The notes under the pieces are model-generated. The model worked only from the letters and a program-made list of their open reading frames with translations, was not told the DNA's origin and ran no database searches. The translations under genes and the position numbers were made by a program. From Azolla caroliniana (taxonomy: Eukaryota > Plantae > Polypodiophyta), in contig JBHGNT010000154.1 of assembly GCA_043228905.1 (NCBI GenBank), positions 1 through 64,000 on the forward strand: 64,000 nt of DNA. The letters are read 5' to 3'. Of this stretch, positions 26,990 through 38,869 are shown one piece after another. Positions within the stretch are counted from its first letter, which is position 1; each line of letters starts with the position of its first letter.

Positions 26990-29900
26990 AAGTTTCCTAA
27001 TTTCGTCATGTCTCTCGACCTGAGTTTCAAAACCTTGATTTTTTAATTCCATATCATAGCTAGCATTGTTAGCTTCGATTCGCATGTTTGAACACAAAAA
27101 TCCGATATAACACGAGCCAGGTATGAACATTTTAATTTACTCAAGGACTCCTCTCAACCCCTTCCTCAAGTTTGCTAATTTCGTCATGTCTCTCGACCTG
27201 ACTTTCAAAATCTTGATTTTTTAATTCCATATCATAGCTAGCGTTGTTAGCTTCGATACGCATGTTTGAACACAAAAATCCGATATCACACGAGCCAGGT
27301 ATGAACAGTTTAATTTACTCAAGGGCTCCTCTCAACTCCTTCCTCAAGTTTGCTAATTTCGTCATGTCTCTCGACCTGAGTTTCAAAACCTTGATTTTTT
27401 AATTCCATATCATAGCTAGCGTTGTTAGCTTCGATTCGCATGTTTGAACACAAAAATCCGATATCACACGAGCCAGGTATAAACAGTTTAATTTACTCAA
27501 GGGCTCCTCTCAACTCCTTCCTCAAGTTTGCTAATTTCGTCATGTCTCTCGACCTGACTTTCAAAATCTTGATTTTTTTATTCCATATCATAGCTAGCGT
27601 TGTTAGCTTCGATTCGCATGTTTGAACACAAAAATCCGATATCACACGAGCCAGGTATGAACATTTGAATTTACTCCAGGACTGCTCTCAACTCCTTCCT
27701 CAAGTTTGCTAATTTCGTCATGTCTCTCGACCTGAGTTTCAAAACCTTGATTTTTTAATTCCATATCATAGCTAGCGTTGTTAGCTTCGATTCGCATGTT
27801 TGAACACAAAAATCCGATATAACACGAGCCAGGTATGAACATTTTAATTTACTCAAGGACTCCTCTCAACTCCTTCCTCAAGTTTGCTAATTTCGTCATG
27901 TCTCTCGACCTGAGTTTCAAAATCTGGATTTTTTAATTCCATATCATAGCTAGCGTTGTTAGCTTCGATTCGCATGTTTGAACATAAAAATCCGATATCA
28001 CACGAGCCAGGTATAAACATTTTAATTTACCTACTAGCTCTTCTCAACTCCCTCCTCAAATTTGGTAATTTCGTCAGGTCTCTCGACCTGAGTTTCAAAA
28101 TCCTGATTTTTTAATTCCATATCATAGCTAGCATTGTTAGCTTCGATTCGCATGTTTGAACACAAAAATCCGATATAACACGAGCCAGGTATGAACATTT
28201 TAATTTACTCAAGGACTCCTCTCAACCCCTTCCTCAAGTTTGGTAATTTCGTCATGTCTCTCGACCTGAGTTTCAAAATCCTGATTTTTTAATTCCATAT
28301 CATAGCTAGCGTTGTTAGCTTCGATACGCATGTTTGAACACAAAAATCCGATATCACACGAGCCAGGTATGAACAGTTTAATTTAGTCAAGGGCTCCTCT
28401 CAACTCCTTCCTCAAGTTTGCTAATTTCGTCATGTCTCTCGACCTGACTTTCAAAATCTTGATTTTTTTATTCCATATCATAGCTAGCGTTGTTAGCTTC
28501 GATTCGCATGTTTGAACACAAAAATCCGATATCACACGAGCCAGGTATGAACATTTGAATTTACTCCAGGACTGCTCTCAACTCCTTCCTCAAGTTTCCT
28601 AATTTCGTCATGTCTCTCGACCTGAGTTTCAAAACCTTGATTTTTTAATTCCATATCATAGCTAGCGTTGTTAGCTTCGATTCGCATGTTTGAACACAAA
28701 AATCCGATATAACACGAGCCAGGTATGAACATTTTAATTTACTCAAGGACTCCTCTCAACTCCTTCCTCAAGTTTGCTAATTTCGTCATGTCTCTCGACC
28801 TGAGTTTCAAAATCTGGATTTTTTAATTCCATATCATAGCTAGCGTTGTTAGCTTCGATTCGCATGTTTGAACACAAAAATCCGATATCACACGAGCCAG
28901 GTATAAACATTTTAATTTACCTACTAGCTCTTCTCAACTCCCTCCTCAAATTTGGTAATTTCGTCAGGTCTCTCGACCTGAGTTTCAAAATCCTGATTTT
29001 TTAATTCCATATCATAGCTAGCGTTGTTAGCTTCGATTCGCATGTTTGAACACAAAAATCCGATATCACACGAGCCAGGTATGAACAGTTTAATTTACTC
29101 AAGGGCTCCTCTCAACTCCCTCCTCAAGTTTGCTAATTTCGTCATGTCTCTCGACCTGAGTTTCAAAATCTGGATTTTTAAATTCCATATCATAGCTAGC
29201 GTTGTTAGCTTCGATTCGCATGTTTTAACACAAAAATCCGATATCACACGAGCCAGGTATGAACATTTTAATTTACTCAAGGACTCCTCTCAACTCCCTC
29301 CTCAAGTTTGCTAATTTCGTCATGTCTCTCGACCTGAGTTTCAAAATCTTGATTTTTAAATTCCATATCATAGCTAGCGTTGTTACCTTCGACTCGCATG
29401 TTTGAACACAAAAATCCGATATCACTCGAGCCAGGTATGAACATTTTAATTTACTCAAGGACTCCTCTCAACTCCTTCCTCAAGTTTGCTAATTTCGTCA
29501 TGTCTCTCGACCTGAGTTTCAAAACCTTGATTTTTTAATTCCATATCATAGCTAGCGTTGTTAGCTTCGATTCGCATGTTTGAACACAAAAATCCGATAT
29601 CACACGAGCCAGGTATGAACAGTTTAATTTACTCAAGGGCTCCTCTCAACTCCCTCCTCAAGTTTGCTATTTTCGTCATGTCTCTCGACCTGAGCTTCAA
29701 AATCTTGATTTTTTAATTCCATATCATAGCTAGCGTTGTTACCTTCGACTCGCATGTTTGAACACAAAAATCCGATATCACACGAGCCAGGTATGAACAT
29801 TTTAATTTACTCAAGGACTCCTCTCAACTCCTTCCTCAAGTTTGCTAATTTCGTCATGTCTCTCGACCTGAGTTTCAAAACCTTGATTTTTTAATTCCAT

Positions 29901-32777
29901 ATCATAGCTAGCATTGTTAGCTTCGATTCGCATGTTTGAACACCTCGACCTGAGTTTCAAAACCTTGATTTTTTAATTCCATATCATAGCTAGCATTGTT
30001 AGCTTCGATTCGCATGTTTGAACACAAAAATCCGATATCACACGAGCCAGATATGAACAGTTTAATTTACTCAAGGGCTCCTCTCAACTCCTTCCTCAAG
30101 TTTGCTAATTTCGTCATGTCTCTCGACCTGAGTTTCAAAACCTTGATTTTTTAATTCCATATCATAGCTAGCATTGTTAGCTTCGATTCGCATGTTTGAA
30201 CACAAAAATCCGATATCACACGAGCCAGGTATAAACAGTTTAATTTACTCAAGGGCTCCTCTCAACTCCTTCCTCAAGTTTGCTAATTTCGTCATGTCTC
30301 TCGACCTGACTTTCAAAATCTTGATTTTTTTATTCCATATCATAGCTAGCGTTGTTAGCTTCGATTCGCATGTTTGAACACAAAAATCCGATATCACACG
30401 AGCCAGGTATGAACATTTGAATTTACTCCAGGACTGCTCTCAACTCCTTCCTCAAGTTTGCTAATTTCGTCATGTCTCTCGACCTGAGTTTCAAAACCTT
30501 GATTTTTTAATTCCATATCATAGCTAGCGTTGTTAGCTTCGATTCGCATGTTTGAACACAAAAATCCGATATCACACGAGCCAGGTATGAACAGTTTAAT
30601 TTTCTCAAGGGCTCCTCTCAACTCCTTCCTCAAGTTTCCTAATTTCGTCATGTCTCTCGACCTGAGTTTCAAAACCTTGATTTTTTAATTCCATATCATA
30701 GCTAGCATTGTTAGCTTCGATTCGCATGTTTGAACACAAAAATCCGATATAACACGAGCCAGGTATGAACATTTTAATTTACTCAAGGACTCCTCTCAAC
30801 CCCTTCCTCAAGTTTGCTAATTTCGTCATGTCTCTCGACCTGACTTTCAAAATCTTGATTTTTTAATTCCATATCATAGCTAGCGTTGTTAGCTTCGATA
30901 CGCATGTTTGAACACAAAAATCCGATATCACACGAGCCAGGTATGAACAGTTTAATTTACTCAAGGGCTCCTCTCAACTCCTTCCTCAAGTTTGCTAATT
31001 TCGTCATGTCTCTCGACCTGAGTTTCAAAACCTTGATTTTTTAATTCCATATCATAGCTAGCGTTGTTAGCTTCGATTCGCATGTTTGAACACAAAAATC
31101 CGATATCACACGAGCCAGGTATAAACAGTTTAATTTACTCAAGGGCTCCTCTCAACTCCTTCCTCAAGTTTGCTAATTTCGTCATGTCTCTCGACCTGAC
31201 TTTCAAAATCTTGATTTTTTTATTCCATATCATAGCTAGCGTTGTTAGCTTCGATTCGCATGTTTGAACACAAAAATCCGATATCACACGAGCCAGGTAT
31301 GAACATTTGAATTTACTCCAGGACTGCTCTCAACTCCTTCCTCAAGTTTGCTAATTTCGTCATGTCTCTCGACCTGAGTTTCAAAACCTTGATTTTTTAA
31401 TTCCATATCATAGCTAGCGTTGTTAGCTTCGATTCGCATGTTTGAACACAAAAATCCGATATAACACGAGCCAGGTATGAACATTTTAATTTACTCAAGG
31501 ACTCCTCTCAACTCCTTCCTCAAGTTTGCTAATTTCGTCATGTCTCTCGACCTGAGTTTCAAAATCTGGATTTTTTAATTCCATATCATAGCTAGCGTTG
31601 TTAGCTTCGATTCGCATGTTTGAACATAAAAATCCGATATCACACGAGCCAGGTATAAACATTTTAATTTACCTACTAGCTCTTCTCAACTCCCTCCTCA
31701 AATTTGGTAATTTCGTCAGGTCTCTCGACCTGAGTTTCAAAATCCTGATTTTTTAATTCCATATCATAGCTAGCATTGTTAGCTTCGATTCGCATGTTTG
31801 AACACAAAAATCCGATATAACACGAGCCAGGTATGAACATTTTAATTTACTCAAGGACTCCTCTCAACCCCTTCCTCAAGTTTGGTAATTTCGTCATGTC
31901 TCTCGACCTGAGTTTCAAAATCCTGATTTTTTAATTCCATATCATAGCTAGCGTTGTTAGCTTCGATACGCATGTTTGAACACAAAAATCCGATATCACA
32001 CGAGCCAGGTATGAACAGTTTAATTTAGTCAAGGGCTCCTCTCAACTCCTTCCTCAAGTTTGCTAATTTCGTCATGTCTCTCGACCTGACTTTCAAAATC
32101 TTGATTTTTTTATTCCATATCATAGCTAGCGTTGTTAGCTTCGATTCGCATGTTTGAACACAAAAATCCGATATCACACGAGCCAGGTATGAACATTTGA
32201 ATTTACTCCAGGACTGCTCTCAACTCCTTCCTCAAGTTTCCTAATTTCGTCATGTCTCTCGACCTGAGTTTCAAAACCTTGATTTTTTAATTCCATATCA
32301 TAGCTAGCGTTGTTAGCTTCGATTCGCATGTTTGAACACAAAAATCCGATATAACACGAGCCAGGTATGAACATTTTAATTTACTCAAGGACTCCTCTCA
32401 ACTCCTTCCTCAAGTTTGCTAATTTCGTCATGTCTCTCGACCTGAGTTTCAAAATCTGGATTTTTTAATTCCATATCATAGCTAGCGTTGTTAGCTTCGA
32501 TTCGCATGTTTGAACACAAAAATCCGATATCACACGAGCCAGGTATAAACATTTTAATTTACCTACTAGCTCTTCTCAACTCCCTCCTCAAATTTGGTAA
32601 TTTCGTCAGGTCTCTCGACCTGAGTTTCAAAATCCTGATTTTTTAATTCCATATCATAGCTAGCGTTGTTAGCTTCGATTCGCATGTTTGAACACAAAAA
32701 TCCGATATCACACGAGCCAGGTATGAACAGTTTAATTTACTCAAGGGCTCCTCTCAACTCCCTCCTCAAGTTTGCTA
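26990..32777 (+). repeat. ~2.1-kb block duplicated at offset 3,642 (26990-29135 vs 30632-32777)
   Basis: ORF pairs 27422/31064, 27642/31284, 28532/32174 and 29024/32666. Rare variants GTTTCCTAA 26996/30638, GAACATAAAA 27985/31627 and TTTAGTCAA 28386/32028. 3642 = 20x178+82. Confidence 0.85.
29862..30025 (+). repeat. 82-bp partial monomer (direct duplication of 29862-29943, or equivalently a 96-bp deletion)
   Basis: ...GTTTGAACAC|CTCGACCTGAG... at 29943/29944. The two 82-bp segments carry the same variants (AAACCTTG, GCATTG). Confidence 0.95.
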
Positions 32778-35700
32778 TTTTCGTCATGTCTCTCGACCTG
32801 AGTTTCAAAATCTTGATTTTTAAATTCCATATCATAGCTAGCATTGTTACCTTCGACTCGCATGTTTGAACACAAAAATCCGATATCACACGAGCCAGGT
32901 ATGAACATTTTAATTTACTCAAGGACTCCTCTCAACTCCTTCCTCAAGTTTGCTAATTTCGTCATGTCTCTCGACCTGAGTTTCAAAACCTTGATTTTTT
33001 AATTCCATATCATAGCTAGCATTGTTAGCTTCGATTCGCATGTTTGAACACAAAAATCCGATATAACACGAGCCAGGTATGAACATTTTAATTTACTCAA
33101 GGACTCCTCTCAACCCCTTCCTCAAGTTTGCTAATTTCGTCATGTCTCTCGACCTGAGTTTCAAAATCTTGATTTTTTAATTCCATATCATAGCTAGCGT
33201 TGTTAGCTTCGATACGCATGTTTGAACACAAAAATCCGATATCACACGAGCCAGGTATGAACAGTTTAATTTACTCAAGGGCTCCTCTCAACTCCTTCCT
33301 CAAGTTTGCTAATTTCGTCATGTCTCTCGACCTGACTTTCAAAATCTTGATTTTTTAATTCCATATCATAGCTAGCGTTGTTAGCTTCGATTCGCATGTT
33401 TGAACACAAAAATCCGATATCACACGAGCCAGGTATGAACATTTTAATTTACTCAAGGACTCCTCTCAACTCCTTCCTCAAGTTTGCTAATTTCGTCATG
33501 TCTCTCGACCTGAGTTTCAAAACCTTGATTTTTTAATTCCATATCATAGCTAGCATTGTTAGCTTCGATTCGCATGTTTGAACACAAAAATCCGATATCA
33601 CACGAGCCAGGTATGAACATTTTAATTTACTCAAGGACTCCTCTCAACTCCTTCCTCAAGTTTGCTAATTTCGTCATGTCTCTCGACCTGAGTTTCAAAA
33701 CCTTGATTTTTTAATTCCATATCATAGCTAGCATTGTTAGCTTCGATTCGCATGTTTGAACACAAAAATCCGATATAACACGAGCCAGGTATGAACATTT
33801 TAATTTACTCAAGGACTCCTCTCAACTCCTTCCTCAAGTTTGCTAATTTCGTCATGTCTCTCGACCTGAGTTTCAAAATCTGGATTTTTAAATTCCATAT
33901 CATAGCTAGCGTTGTTAGCTTCGATTCGCATGTTTGAACACAAAAATCCGATATCACACGAGCCAGGTATAAACATTTTAATTTACCTACTAGCTCTTCT
34001 CAACTCCCTCCTCAAATTTGGTAATTTCGTCAGGTCTCTCGCCCTGAGTTTCAAAATCCTGATTTTTTAATTCCATATCATAGCTAGCGTTGTTAGCTTC
34101 GATTCGCATGTTTGAACACAAAAATCCGATATCACACGAGCCAGGTATGAACAGTTTAATTTTCTCAAGGGCTCCTCTTAACTGCCTCCTCAAGTTTGCT
34201 ATTTTCGTCATGTCTCTCGTCCTGAGTTTCAAAATCTTGATTTTTAAATTCCATATCATAGCTAGCGTTGTTACCTTCGACTCGCATGTTTGAACACAAA
34301 AATCCGATATCACACGAGCCAGGTATGAACATTTTAATTTACTCAAGGACTCCTCTCAACTCCTTCCTCAAGTTTGCTAATTTCGTCATGTCTCTCGACC
34401 TAAGTTTCAAAACCTTGATTTTTTAATTCCATATCATAGCTAGCATTGTTAGCTTCGATTCGCATGTTTGAACACAAAAATCCGATATCACACGAGCCAG
34501 ATATGAACAGTTTAATTTACTCAAGGGCTCCTCTCAACTCCTTCCTCAAGTTTGCTAATTTCGTCATGTCTCTCGACCTGAGTTTCAAAACCTTGATTTT
34601 TTAATTCCATATCATAGCTAGCGTTGTTAGCTTCGATTCGCATGTTTGAACACAAAAATCCGATATCACACGAGCCAGGTATAAACATTTTAATTTACCT
34701 ACTAGCTCTTCTCAACTCCCTCCTCAAATTTGGTAATTTCGTCAGGTCTCTCGCCCTGAGTTTCAAAATCCTGATTTTTTAATTCCATATCATAGCTAGC
34801 GTTGTTAGCTTCGATTCGCATGTTTGAACACAAAAATCCGACATCACACGAGCCAGGTATGAACAGTTTAATTTACTCAAGGGCTCCTCTCAACTCCCTC
34901 CTCAAGTTTGCTATTTTCGTCATGTCTCTCGACCTGAGTTTCAAAATCTTGATTTTTAAATTCCATATCATAGCTAGCGTTGTTACCTTCGACTCGCATG
35001 TTTGAACACAAAAATCCGATATCACACGAGCCAGGTATGAACATTTTAATTTACTCAAGGACTCCTCTCAACTCCTTCCTCAAGTTTGCTAATTTCGTCT
35101 TGTCTCTCGACCTAAGTTTCAAAACCTTGATTTTTTAATTCCATATCATAGCTAGCATTGTTAGCTTCGATTCGCATGTTTGAACACAAAAATCCGATAT
35201 AACACGAGCCAGGTATGAACATTTTAATTTACTCAAGGACTCCTCTCAACCCCTTCCTCAAGTTTGCTAATTTCGTCATGTCTCTCGACCTGAGTTTCAA
35301 AATCTGGATTTATAAATTCCATATCATAGCTAGCGTTGTTAGCTTCGATTCGCATGTTTGAACACAAAAATCCGATATCACACGAGCCAGGTATAAACAT
35401 TTTAATTTACTCAAGGGCTCCTCTCAACTCCTTCCTCAAGTTTGCTAATTTCGTCATGTCTCTCGACCTGAGTTTCAAAACCTTGATTTTTTAATTCCAT
35501 ATCATAGCTAGCATTGTTAGCTTCGATACGCATGTTTGAACACAAAAATCCGATATAACACGAGCCAGGTATGAACATTTTAATTTACTCAAGGACTCCT
35601 CTCAACCCCTTCCTCAAGTTTGCTAATTTCGTCATGTCTCTCGACCTGAGTTTCAAAATCTGGATTTATAAATTCCATATCATAGCTAGCGTTGTTAGCT

Positions 35701-38700
35701 TCGATTCGCATGTTTGAACACAAAAATCCGATATCACCCGAGCCAGGTATAAACATTTTAATTTACTCAAGGGCTCCTCTCAACTCCTTCCTCAAGTTTG
35801 CTAATTTCGTCATGTCTCTCGACCTGAGTTTCAAAACCTTGATTTTTTAATTCCATATCATAGCTAGCATTGTTAGCTTCGATTCGCATGTTTGAACACA
35901 AAAATCCGATATCACACGAGCCAGGTATGAACATTTTAATTTACTTAACGGCTCCTCTCAACTCCTTCCTCAAGTTTGCTAATTTCGTCATGTCTCTCGA
36001 CCTGAGTTTCAAAATCTGGATTTTTAAATTCCATATCATAGCTAGCGTTGTTAGCTTCGATTCGCATGTTTGAACACAAAAATCCGATATCACACGAGCC
36101 AGGTATAAACATTTTAATTTACCTACTAGCTCTTCTCAACTCCCTCCTCAAATTTGGTAATTTCGTCAGGTCTCTCGACGTGAGTTTCAAAATCCTGATT
36201 TTTTAATTCCATATCATAGCTAGCGTTGTTAGCTTCGATTCGCATGTTTGAACACAAAAATCTGATATCACACGAGCCAGGTATGAACAGTTTAATTTAC
36301 TCAAGGGCTCCTCTCAACTCCCTCCTCAAGTTTGCTATTTTCGTCATGTCTCTCGACCTAAGTTTCAAAATCTTGATTTTTTAATTCCATATCATAGCTA
36401 GCGTTGTTACCTTCGATTCGCATGTTTGAACACAAAAATCCGATATCACACGAGCCAGGTATGAACATTTTAATTTACTCAAGGGCTCCTCTCAACTCCC
36501 TCCTCAAATTTGCTAATTTCGTCATGTCTCTCGACCTTAGTTTCAAAATCTTGATTTTTTAATTCCATATCATAGCTAGGGTTGTTAGCTCTGATTCGCA
36601 TGTTTGAACACAAAAATCCGATATCACACGAGCCAGGTATAAACATTTTAATTTACCTATTAGCTCTTCTCAACTCCCTCCTCAAATTTGGTAATTTCGT
36701 CAGGTCTCTCGACCTGAGTTTCAAAATCCTGATTTTTTAATTCCATATCATAGCTAGCGTTGTTAGCTTCGATTCGCATGTTTGAACACAAAAATCCGAT
36801 ATCACACGAGCCAGGTATGAACAGTTTAATTTACTCAAGGGCTCCTCTCAACTCCTTCCTCAAGTTTGCTAATTTCGTCATGTCTCTCGACCTGACTTTC
36901 AAAATCTTGATTTTTTAATTCCATATTATAGCTAGCGTTGTTAGCTTCGATTCGCATGTTTGAACACAAAAATCCGATATCACACGAGCCAGGTATGAAC
37001 ATTTTAATTTACTCAAGGACTCCTCTCAACTCCTTCCTCAAGTTTGCTAATTTCGTCATGTCTCTCGACCTGAGTTTCAAAACCTTGATTTTTTAATTCC
37101 ATATCATAACTAGCGTTGTTAGCTTCGATTCGCATGTTTGAACACAAAAATCCGATATAACACGAGCCAGGTATGAACATTTTAATTTACTCAAGGACTC
37201 CTCTCAACTCCTTCCTCAAGTTTGCTAATTTCGTCATGTCTCTCGACCTGAGTTTCAAAATCTTGATTTTTTTATTCCATATCATAGCTAGCGTTGTTAG
37301 CTTCGATTCGCATGTTTGAACACAAAAATCCGATATCACACGAGCCAGGTATAAACATTTTAATTTACCTACTAGCTCTTCTCAACTCCCTCCTCAAATT
37401 TGGTAATTTCGTCAGGTCTCTCGACCTGAGTTTCAAAATCCTGATTTTTTAATTCCATATCATAGCTAGCGTTGTTAGCTTCGATTCGCATGTTTGAACA
37501 CAAAAATCCGATATCACACGAGCCAGGTATGAACAGTTTAATTTACTCAAGGGCTCCTCTCAACTCCCTCCTCAAGTTTGCTATTTTCGTCATGTCTCTC
37601 GACCTGAGTTTCAAAATCTTGATTTTTAAATTCCATATCATAGCTAGCGTTGTTACCTTCGACTCGCATGTTTGAACACAAAAATCCGATATCACACGAG
37701 CCAGGTATGAACATTTTAATTTACTCAAGGACTCCTCTCAACTCCTTCCTCAAGTTTGCTAATTTCGTCATGTCTCTCGACCTGAGTTTCAAAACCTTGA
37801 TTTTTTAATTCCATATCATAGCTAGCGTTGTTAGCTTCGATTCGCATGTTTGAACACAAAAATCCGATATCACACGAGCCAGGTATGAACAGTTTAATTT
37901 ACTCAAGGGCTCCTCTCAACTCCCTCCTCAAGTTTGCTATTTTCGTCATGTCTCTCGACCTGAGTTTCAAAATCTTGATTTTTTAATTCCATATCATAGC
38001 TAGCGTTGTTACCTTCGACTCGCATGTTTGAACACAAAAATCCGATATCACACGAGCCAGGTATGAACATTTTAATTTACTCAAGGACTCCTCTCAACTC
38101 CTTCCTCAAGTTTGCTAATTTCGTCATGTCTCTCGACCTGAGTTTCAAAACCTTGATTTTTTAATTCCATATCATAGCTAGCATTGTTAGCTTCGATTCG
38201 CATGTTTGAACACAAAAATCCGATATAACACGAGCCAGGTATGAACATTTTAATTTACTCAAGGACTCCTCTCAACCCCTTCCTCAAGTTTGCTAATTTC
38301 GTCATGTCTCTCGACCTGACTTTCAAAATCTTGATTTTTTAATTCCATATCATAGCTAGCGTTGTTAGCTTCGATACGCATGTTTGAACACAAAAATCCG
38401 ATATCACACGAGCCAGGTATGAACAGTTTAATTTACTCAAGGGCTCCTCTCAACTCCTTCCTCAAGTTTGCTAATTTCGTCATGTCTCTCGACCTGAGTT
38501 TCAAAACCTTGATTTTTTAATTCCATATCATAGCTAGCGTTGTTAGCTTCGATTCGCATGTTTGAACACAAAAATCCGATATCACACGAGCCAGGTATAA
38601 ACATTTTAATTTACTAAAGGGCTCCTCTCAACTCCTTCCTCAAGTTTGCTAATTTCGTCATGTCTCTCGACCTGAGTTTCAAAACCTTGATTTTTTAATT

Positions 38701-38869
38701 CCATATCATAGCTAGCATTGTTAGCTTCGATTCGCATGTTTGAACACAAAAATCCGATATCACACGAGCCAGATATGAACAGTTTAATTTACTCAAGGGC
38801 TCCTCTCAACTCCTTCCTCAAGTTTGCTAATTTCGTCATGTCTCTCGACCTGAGTTTCAAAACCTTGAT

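Larger units (their letters stand above)
19700..38600 (+). repeat. Long-range segmental copy: ~19.7-25.9 kb is repeated at ~32.9-38.6 kb with internal monomer gains and losses
   Basis: Rare variants are shared in order: CCGACATC 22300/34842, TCGTCTTG 22558/35100, GGATTTATAAA 22770/35312 (offset 12542); TCGACGTG 23282/36180, TAGGGTTGTTAGCTCTG 23682/36580, CATAACTAG 24211/37109 (offset 12898); ORFs 24752/37472 (12720) and 20836/34090 (13254). Ends are approximate. Confidence 0.8.
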
